Source: Chloroflexota bacterium (lineage in GTDB: Bacteria > Chloroflexota > Limnocylindria > Limnocylindrales > CSP1-4). Taken from it: a stretch of DNA of 64,000 nt. The stretch spans positions 4,779-68,778 of the forward strand of contig JANYJG010000005.1 in the NCBI GenBank assembly GCA_025358515.1. The letters run 5' to 3'. Numbering within the stretch: position 1 is the first letter of the stretch; each line of letters opens with the position of its first letter. Position numbers and translations under genes: made by a program. Shown here piece by piece: positions 57,857 to 64,000 of this stretch. The notes beneath the pieces were generated by a model. That model saw only the letters and a program-made list of their open reading frames with translations, had not been told where the DNA came from and searched no databases.

Positions 57857-59188
57857 CTACGCCGGGCCGAAACGGCCGGGCATGCGACGAGCGAGTTTGC
57901 CGCCCGTCATCTGCTTCATCATCTTCTGAAGCTCACTGAATTGCTTGACCAATTGGTTGACGTCCTGGAGCCGCGTCCCGGAACCGACGGCGATTCGCCG
58001 CCTTCGCGACGCGTTGAGTATGTTTGGGTCGGCTCGTTCGCGGAGCGTCATAGACCTGATGATTGCCTCCACTCGCCGCAAATCGCCACGATCGACCGAG
58101 GCCTGGGCCTGCTTGGCCATGCCGCCAAAACCCGGGATCATGTCCATCAACTGGCCCATCGGCCCCATCTTCTGGACTGCCACCATCTGGTCGAGCATGT
58201 CCTGCAGGGTGAAGCTGTTCTTACGCAGCTTCTCGGCCATTTTGGCCGCCTGCTTCTCGTCCACATTCTCCTGGGCCCGCTCGATCAAGGTCAGGACATC
58301 GCCCATACCAAGGATCCGCCCGGCCAGACGGTCTGGATGGAACGACTCCAAGGCGTCCGTCTTCTCGCCCGTGCCCAGGAACTTGACCGGCAGCCCCGTG
58401 ACCGCGCTGATCGAGAGAGCGGCGCCGCCTCGGGCATCGCCGTCGATCTTGGTGAGGATGAGGCCGGTGACGGGAACGGCGGCCGCGAATGCTTCTGCGA
58501 CGTGGACTGCTTCCTGGCCCGTCATTGCATCCACGACCAGGAGCGTCTCCGACGGCTTCAGCACGGCCGTGAGCTGCTTGATCTCATCCATGAGCGGCTG
58601 GTCCACGGTCAGGCGTCCGGCCGTGTCCAGGATCACGACGTCGCGGACCAGCTTGCGAGCGGCTTCCATTCCGCCTTTGGCGATGGCCATGACTTGCGTG
58701 CCGGCTGGGGCCCGATAGACCGGTACGTCCAGCGACTTACCGAGCGTCTCGAGCTGGTCGGCGGCGGCGGGGCGATACGGATCCGCGGCAACGAGGAGCG
58801 GACGACGGCCCATGCGCACGAGATGACGCGCCAGCTTGGCCGCGCTGGTCGTCTTGCCGGAGCCCTGTAGACCGACGAGCACGATCACGGCCGGGGATCC
58901 GGTCAAGCGGAAGGTTCGATCACCACCCGATAGAAGCGCTACCAGCTCCTCGTTGACGATCTTCACGACCTGCTGACCGGCCGTCAGACTCTCGAGGATC
59001 TCGACGCCTGTGGCCCGCTCTCGGACGCGCGCAACGAAATCCTTCACGACCTTGAAGTTAACGTCGGCCTCGAGGAGGGCCAGCCGCACTTCACGCATGG
59101 CCACGTCGACATCGGCTGCGCTAACGCGTCCCCGGCCCGTAAGGGAGCCGAGGGTCTTGCGCAACCGCTCGCTCAGGGCGTCGAACAT
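57857..59188 (-). CDS. ffh: Signal recognition particle protein Ffh
   Basis: GLQGSGKTTSAAKLA, DTAGR and TKIDGDARGGAALS, plus a Met-rich M domain. Confidence 0.95.
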   Translation of the reverse strand: MFDALSERLRKTLGSLTGRGRVSAADVDVAMREVRLALLEADVNFKVVKDFVARVRERATGVEILESLTAGQQVVKIVNEELVALLSGGDRTFRLTGSPAVIVLVGLQGSGKTTSAAKLARHLVRMGRRPLLVAADPYRPAAADQLETLGKSLDVPVYRAPAGTQVMAIAKGGMEAARKLVRDVVILDTAGRLTVDQPLMDEIKQLTAVLKPSETLLVVDAMTGQEAVHVAEAFAAAVPVTGLILTKIDGDARGGAALSISAVTGLPVKFLGTGEKTDALESFHPDRLAGRILGMGDVLTLIERAQENVDEKQAAKMAEKLRKNSFTLQDMLDQMVAVQKMGPMGQLMDMIPGFGGMAKQAQASVDRGDLRRVEAIIRSMTLRERADPNILNASRRRRIAVGSGTRLQDVNQLVKQFSELQKMMKQMTGGKLARRMPGRFGPA

Positions 59189-59452
59189 GAGTGGCTGTGG
59201 ACTCCCGATCCGTGTCGCCGCCCGAGGGAATGCTGGGTCGGCGTGGGGCCGCGGATTCTGGCGGCACCGAAGGCTCGCGGAGTGTACCGCATCGAGCCGT
59301 CCGCGGACAGTAACGGTCGGGACCTGGACGTGGGACCGCAGGCACGTGCAGCCCTTCTACGCGGATACCATTGCTGAGCTAGAGTCAGCTACCCGAAACG
59401 CCGGCGACGCCGCGCGGCCCCAGAACGCCATCCGACCGCTCCAGAGGACGAA

Positions 59453-60118
59453 ATGAGCCAATCTGTCGCGCCAGTCCATCGCGGCAGAGGCTTGGCCGAA
59501 ATCGCCGACGTCCGCCCGGTTGCTATTTTGGCGGCAATCGGCGGTTTGGCCGGAATCTGGTGGTTCCCCCTTTGGTTCCTCAGCGCCCAGCTGTTGAGGA
59601 TTTGGGCGATGCACGGCGGTATGCGCTGGCTGACCGCCCACGGGGTAGCCGAATACGCCGACGAAAAGATTGCGATGCTTGTGGGTCTAGTTCCGGTGGC
59701 TATCATCGCCGCCCGGATCATCCTCTCGGTCGACTGGGTGCAGCCTTTCCGGATCCTGGAAACCCATAAGGTCACGTCGTCCGCCGGCGAGCTCTCGATC
59801 TTCTTGGATCTGGTCGTCGGGATTGCTATGGCCACCGCCTTCACCGGAGTGCTGGTCACGCGAGGGCTTCCATGGCTGGTGGCCGCGCTCGGGTTCGCAG
59901 CCGTATTGGTCCTGGCGGCAGCAGCGACGCGGGGCTATCTGGGGGAGATGAGCGGTTTCACCGCGATGCCGCTGGCACTACTCGGCTACCTCACGACCAA
60001 GATCGCGATCATCTGGGACAACCACAACAATCGCCCCGACGACTACGGCCCGAAGGAAGAACCCGGGCCTCGTCCAGACGACCTGCACTGGACGAACGTC
60101 AGTCGAACAAAGCGCTGA
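59453..60118 (+). CDS. Hypothetical polytopic membrane protein (about 5 TM)
   Basis: ATG preceded by GAGGA. Several hydrophobic segments and a hydrophilic Pro/Asp-rich tail. The 3' end overlaps the ftsY 3' end by 20 nt (convergent). Confidence 0.6.
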   Translation: MSQSVAPVHRGRGLAEIADVRPVAILAAIGGLAGIWWFPLWFLSAQLLRIWAMHGGMRWLTAHGVAEYADEKIAMLVGLVPVAIIAARIILSVDWVQPFRILETHKVTSSAGELSIFLDLVVGIAMATAFTGVLVTRGLPWLVAALGFAAVLVLAAAATRGYLGEMSGFTAMPLALLGYLTTKIAIIWDNHNNRPDDYGPKEEPGPRPDDLHWTNVSRTKR

Positions 60119-61157
60119 CAAACGCCTGGGGGTCGAACGGCAGGAGATCGCCCAGTCTCTCGCCGACCCCGACGAACCTGACCGGCACGCGGAGGGCGTC
60201 TTCTATGGCGAAGACGATGCCGCCCTTGGCGGTCGAGTCGAGCTTCGTCAGGACAATGCCGGTCAGGCCGACAGTTTCGTGGAACACCTTTGCCTGGGCC
60301 AGACCGTTCTGACCGGTCGTGGCGTCCAGGACGAACAGCACCTCGGGCTTTGCTCCTGGCACTCGGCGATCGATGACACGACGCATCTTCGCCAGCTCAT
60401 CCATCAAGTTTGACTTGGTGTGCAGCCGACCGGCCGTGTCCGCCAGGACCACGTCCACGCCACGCGCCACGGCCGCGTCCAGCGCGTCGTAGACGACGGC
60501 TGCCGGATCCGCCCCGGGCGCATGCGACACGAATTGGCAGTCCGATCGATCGGCCCAGATGCGGAGCTGCTCGATAGCAGCGGCGCGGAACGTGTCAGCT
60601 GCCGCCAGCAGCACAGATTGACCCTCGCCCCGAAAGAGATGGGCCAGCTTTCCGATGGTCGTTGTCTTGCCCGTGCCGTTAACGCCAACGATGAGCAGGA
60701 CTGCCGGCTCCCCGGCGTCGCCGCGAGCGGGACGCCAGCCCGGGTCGGCGGGCATCAGCAGGGCCGCGAGTTCTGCGCGGACGGCCGCTTCGGCAGTTAC
60801 CGCCTCACGGCGGCGGGCCCGCTCCACGATTTTGATGGCCAGGTCGCCACCCACGTCTCCGGCGATGAGCATCTCCTCAACCGATTCCCAGTCGGCGTCG
60901 GCTGGGCCGCTGCTCAGCAGTCCGCGGAGTCGGGACATGAAGCCGCCGCGACTGCGCTCCAGGCCGGCCGAAAGGTTGCCCGGCGCGTCATCCTCGGTGG
61001 CGCGGGGACGAACAGCATGCGCCTCCGCGGCTCGAGCCGAGTCGACTGCGGGAATTAGTTCCGAGTCCGTCTTCCAGATCGGCTCAACCGATTCGAGAGG
61101 TTCGATCGCTTCGCTTGTGGGATTCGGTTCTTCCTTGGGTTTACGACGGAGGAACAG
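60099..61157 (-). CDS. ftsY: Signal recognition particle receptor FtsY (probable CTG start)
   Basis: NG domain motifs GVNGTGKTTTIGKLA, DTAGRLH and TKLDSTAKGG. The conserved N-domain helix (SAGLERSRGGF) lies upstream of the first ATG (60938). GGAGG-N6-CTG sits at 61157 and there is no in-frame ATG/GTG/TTG upstream. Confidence 0.85.
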   Translation of the reverse strand: MFLRRKPKEEPNPTSEAIEPLESVEPIWKTDSELIPAVDSARAAEAHAVRPRATEDDAPGNLSAGLERSRGGFMSRLRGLLSSGPADADWESVEEMLIAGDVGGDLAIKIVERARRREAVTAEAAVRAELAALLMPADPGWRPARGDAGEPAVLLIVGVNGTGKTTTIGKLAHLFRGEGQSVLLAAADTFRAAAIEQLRIWADRSDCQFVSHAPGADPAAVVYDALDAAVARGVDVVLADTAGRLHTKSNLMDELAKMRRVIDRRVPGAKPEVLFVLDATTGQNGLAQAKVFHETVGLTGIVLTKLDSTAKGGIVFAIEDALRVPVRFVGVGERLGDLLPFDPQAFVSALFD

Positions 61158-61171
61158 GGGAAACCTCCAGC

Positions 61172-64000
61172 TCAGCCTGCCGCGGCGGTCGACTTCTTGT
61201 TGCTCACCTGATCGGCCAGAATCTTGGCCTCCTCCAGGCGGAGGCTGATGACGTGGCTGACCGCATCGTCTCCCACGGTTACGCCATACAGCGCGTCGGC
61301 GCTCTCTATGGTGCCGCGATTGTGCGTGATGACGATGAATTGCGTGTTGTCGGCAAGGCTTCGGAGGGCATCTGCGAAACGGCCGACGTTGGCCTCATCC
61401 AGGGCGGCATCTACCTCGTCCAGCACACAGAACGGCACTGGGTGGACCTCCAGCATGGCGAACAACAGCGCCACAGCCGTCAGGGCCCGCTCGCCGCCCG
61501 AAAGCATGCTCAAAGGCTGGGCCTTCTTGCCGGGCGGCCGGGCCACGATCTCCACTCCGGTAGTGGCGAGGTCGTCCGGGTCGGTCAGGCTCAGCCGCGC
61601 GAAACCGCCACCGAAGAGCTGTCGGAACCGCGCATCGAAGGCCGTCTCCAGGGCCGTGAAGGTCGTCCGGAATTGCTCGGCGATCATGGCGTTGAGTTGA
61701 TCGATGAGGGCCCGAGTCTTGGAGATCGCCGACGTCAGGTCGTTCTGCTGAGTCTGCAGGCCATCCAGTCGAGCCTTGAGCGTCTCGTACTCCTCGGCCG
61801 CGAACGGATTGGGCGCGCCGAGCTCGTGGAAGCGCCGGCGCAACGCGGCCAAACGAGCCGGACTGGGCGGCTCTACGGCCGGCCCGGAGACCCAGCGATC
61901 CCCAACCTCGGACAGGACGTCTTCCAAAGAGACGTCGCCCTCCTCGCCATCGCTTGAGCGAATGGGCTTGTCTTGGCCAGCCGTCGTTGAATCGTCGGCG
62001 GCGTCCGTGCCCCGCTCGTCAATGAGAAGTCGCAGGCCCATGTCACCCAATCCAGCCAACTCCACCAGGACCTGCTCGCGAATCGCGTCCAGGGAAAGGC
62101 GCGACTCCACCTCGGAGACTTCAGCGCTGCGGAGCCGTTCCTGCGTCGTGCGGAGTCGCTCGCGCGCCTGAACAGCGGCCGCCTCGGCCTCTGCCAGCAA
62201 CCGCCGAGCCGCCGCATCGGCGCTGCGCAGCTCCTCCAGCTCGCCCCGGATCGCGGCCTCGCGCTGACCCGCGGCGGAAAGGTCCTCGCCGAGACTCTCG
62301 CGTTCCATCCCGAGTTGGCGCTCGCGGCCGGCCAGATCCGTTGTGTCACGTTCCAGCGCGGCGACGCGTTGCTCGTCCAAGTTGGCGGCGGCGGCGGCTC
62401 TGGCGCGGCGCGACTCGACCTCGCGGCGGCCGGCCTCGTTGCGGGCGTCTTCAGTCGCCAGCTGATCCCGACGGGCCCGAAGCGCGGCAGCGCGGGCCTC
62501 CCACTCGCGCATGGCGGAGACTTGTTCGGCGTCTTCCGGCGCGACTGTTGAACCGCCCTCAAAGTCATTCGCTGCCTGGGAGATGTCCGCGGCGTGATGC
62601 GCCGCGTCGGCCAGCCGATCGCGCTCGTCCTCCAGCCGCCCGGCCTGAGAGGACCGCCAGGCCGCCTCTCGGGCTATTCCCTCCAGGGCCCGAGTGGTGC
62701 GCCTATCAGCTTCCTCGGCCTCTCGCCGAGCCGCGCTTGTCTTGCGCTCCGACTCGCGGGCGGCCTCCAGGGCTGCTCTCGCGACGGCCGCAGCTTCGGC
62801 GGCGGCGGTGGCCTGACTCGAGGCGGCAGCCGCGTCGCCCTGTAGCCGGGCCACTTCCTCCGCCAGACGTTCGATCTCCGCCCGCCGCTCCAGGAGCGAT
62901 TCCGTACGGCCCAGACCAACGACTCCAGCGAATGTCACGACGGCGCCGTCGCGGGTCACGGCCACCCAGCCGGCCGGCAGGCGCGTCTGGATTTCCAGAG
63001 CCGAGTTCAGGTCAGGCAGCCACACTGCTCGCGCCAGCAGGCGAGAGGCGGCGCCGCTCGGATCCACTCGAATTGCGTCCAGGAGCTTTCCGCCGCCGTA
63101 CCCTACGGCCGCGGACACGGCCGCCTGGGCGATCTCCTCGGTTCGGTCACGACCGCCATCCCTGGCACCGGGACGTCGCCCGCCGCCCTGGTCGGAAGGT
63201 TCCAGGACGAGCGTCCCGCGCTGGCCGTCAAGTTCCGCCGCCGCCTCGCGGCCAAGGACGTAGCCACGCATGGATTCGCCCAGGGCAGCCTCCACCGCAA
63301 TCCGGAACCCGCCCTCCACCTGCAGGCCGTCCGCGAGCGGCCGCCCGCCGACCCTCCGTGCGGCCTTGGCAATCCCCCTGGATTGGTCCTCCGCCAGCCT
63401 GGCCTGGAGAGCCTCCAGGCGGCCCCGCAGGCCGGCGGTGCGGCTGGCGGCGGCGGCGGAGCGTTCCGCGGCAGCCTGGCGCGTGCCCTCGCGACGATCC
63501 AGCTCAGCCCTCGCCGATTCACGGGCGACGATAGCCGCCTTCTCCTCCTCGGCGGCTTTCGCGAGAGAGGATCTGGGGCCGATGCATGCGGCCTCGGCTT
63601 CAACCAGCCTGCGCGTGGCCTCGACTGCCAGCGCGCGCTCGTCGACAGCCTGCCGCTCGGCGTCGGCAAGTCGCCGCCGCGCGGTCTCCAGCTCCGCTGC
63701 ACGTGCCGCCTCCACGCGACGGAGCGCATTCAGGGATTCGCCCTTTGCCTGGCGGGTAGCGCGTATCGCGCCCAACTCCTCGAGCGCCTCGGCCAGCGAC
63801 CGATCGGCCTCGGCCAGAGCCGAGGCCAGAGCCAGATCGCGCGCAGGCACGGGAACAGCCAGTTCGCGGCGCTGGATCTGCAGATCCGTCTCTGCGGCGA
63901 CGCGCTCGACCTCCAGTCGGCGGCTGTCGCGCTGGACTGCCTCCGCCTCGCTCACGGCCCGAGCGTCCCGAAGCTGCAGGTTGGTCAGCATTGCCCGAGC
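61172..64000 (-). CDS. smc: Chromosome segregation protein SMC (C-terminal about 940 aa; N-terminus beyond the window)
   Basis: Long coiled-coil sequence and a hinge-like region. C-terminal ABC signature LSGGERALTAVALLFA and Walker B CVLDEVDAALD. The frame stays open to the window edge. Confidence 0.92.
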   Translation of the reverse strand, partial: ARAMLTNLQLRDARAVSEAEAVQRDSRRLEVERVAAETDLQIQRRELAVPVPARDLALASALAEADRSLAEALEELGAIRATRQAKGESLNALRRVEAARAAELETARRRLADAERQAVDERALAVEATRRLVEAEAACIGPRSSLAKAAEEEKAAIVARESARAELDRREGTRQAAAERSAAAASRTAGLRGRLEALQARLAEDQSRGIAKAARRVGGRPLADGLQVEGGFRIAVEAALGESMRGYVLGREAAAELDGQRGTLVLEPSDQGGGRRPGARDGGRDRTEEIAQAAVSAAVGYGGGKLLDAIRVDPSGAASRLLARAVWLPDLNSALEIQTRLPAGWVAVTRDGAVVTFAGVVGLGRTESLLERRAEIERLAEEVARLQGDAAAASSQATAAAEAAAVARAALEAARESERKTSAARREAEEADRRTTRALEGIAREAAWRSSQAGRLEDERDRLADAAHHAADISQAANDFEGGSTVAPEDAEQVSAMREWEARAAALRARRDQLATEDARNEAGRREVESRRARAAAAANLDEQRVAALERDTTDLAGRERQLGMERESLGEDLSAAGQREAAIRGELEELRSADAAARRLLAEAEAAAVQARERLRTTQERLRSAEVSEVESRLSLDAIREQVLVELAGLGDMGLRLLIDERGTDAADDSTTAGQDKPIRSSDGEEGDVSLEDVLSEVGDRWVSGPAVEPPSPARLAALRRRFHELGAPNPFAAEEYETLKARLDGLQTQQNDLTSAISKTRALIDQLNAMIAEQFRTTFTALETAFDARFRQLFGGGFARLSLTDPDDLATTGVEIVARPPGKKAQPLSMLSGGERALTAVALLFAMLEVHPVPFCVLDEVDAALDEANVGRFADALRSLADNTQFIVITHNRGTIESADALYGVTVGDDAVSHVISLRLEEAKILADQVSNKKSTAAAG

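Noticed and set aside
59189-59452. Searched the ffh upstream gap for an SRP (4.5S) RNA gene. Other gaps over 150 bp were searched for tmRNA, RNase P or 6S-like RNAs.
   Set aside because: I could not find the conserved SRP domain IV motifs or any convincing long helix. Nothing is called without a covariance-model search (Infernal/Rfam would be decisive).

Overview
High-GC (about two thirds G+C by eye) bacterial chromosomal window. It is densely coding with no rRNA, tRNA, CRISPR array, transposase or integrase that I could recognise. All protein calls are by-eye motif recognition on the supplied translations; no searches were run.

Layout:
- 41-6735: pfk, divergent from a complete group-3d-type bidirectional [NiFe]-hydrogenase operon hoxEFUYH plus the hoxW protease.
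- 6747-9413: a three-domain LigD.
- 9.5-16.6 kb, an accessory-looking stretch: two paralogous PadR regulators, each divergent from small membrane or stress proteins. It also holds a DUF3494 ice-binding-like secreted protein, a decayed sensor-kinase remnant, pncB, and a repeat-rich surface protein.
- 16.8-64 kb: an almost unbroken minus-strand run of housekeeping genes. In order these are a TPP enzyme, yajQ, murC/mpl-like, pncC, rodZ, ftsK, rnj, udg, asd, pnp, rpsO, truB-ribF, nrnA, rbfA, infB, ylxR, nusA, proS, ispG, rseP, dxr, cdsA, uppS, frr, pyrH, tsf, rpsB, yraN, rnhB, rplS, trmD, rimM, khpA, rpsP, ffh, ftsY and smc (partial).

Most unusual observations:
1. The PNPase gene carries an apparently intact DEDDh (DnaQ/RNase T-like) exonuclease domain, in frame, between its two RNase PH domains.
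2. TruB and RibF are one reading frame, and the riboflavin-kinase part looks degenerate.
3. Two unrelated secreted proteins share a C-terminal Pro/Thr - GDTQ - TM - basic tail that looks like a sorting signal.
4. The duplicated PadR modules share an intergenic motif and near-leaderless starts.
5. A promoter-then-terminator arrangement sits in the nusA leader, and rimP is absent.
6. ftsY probably starts at CTG.

Many long antisense ORFs in the track are high-GC artefacts and were rejected.
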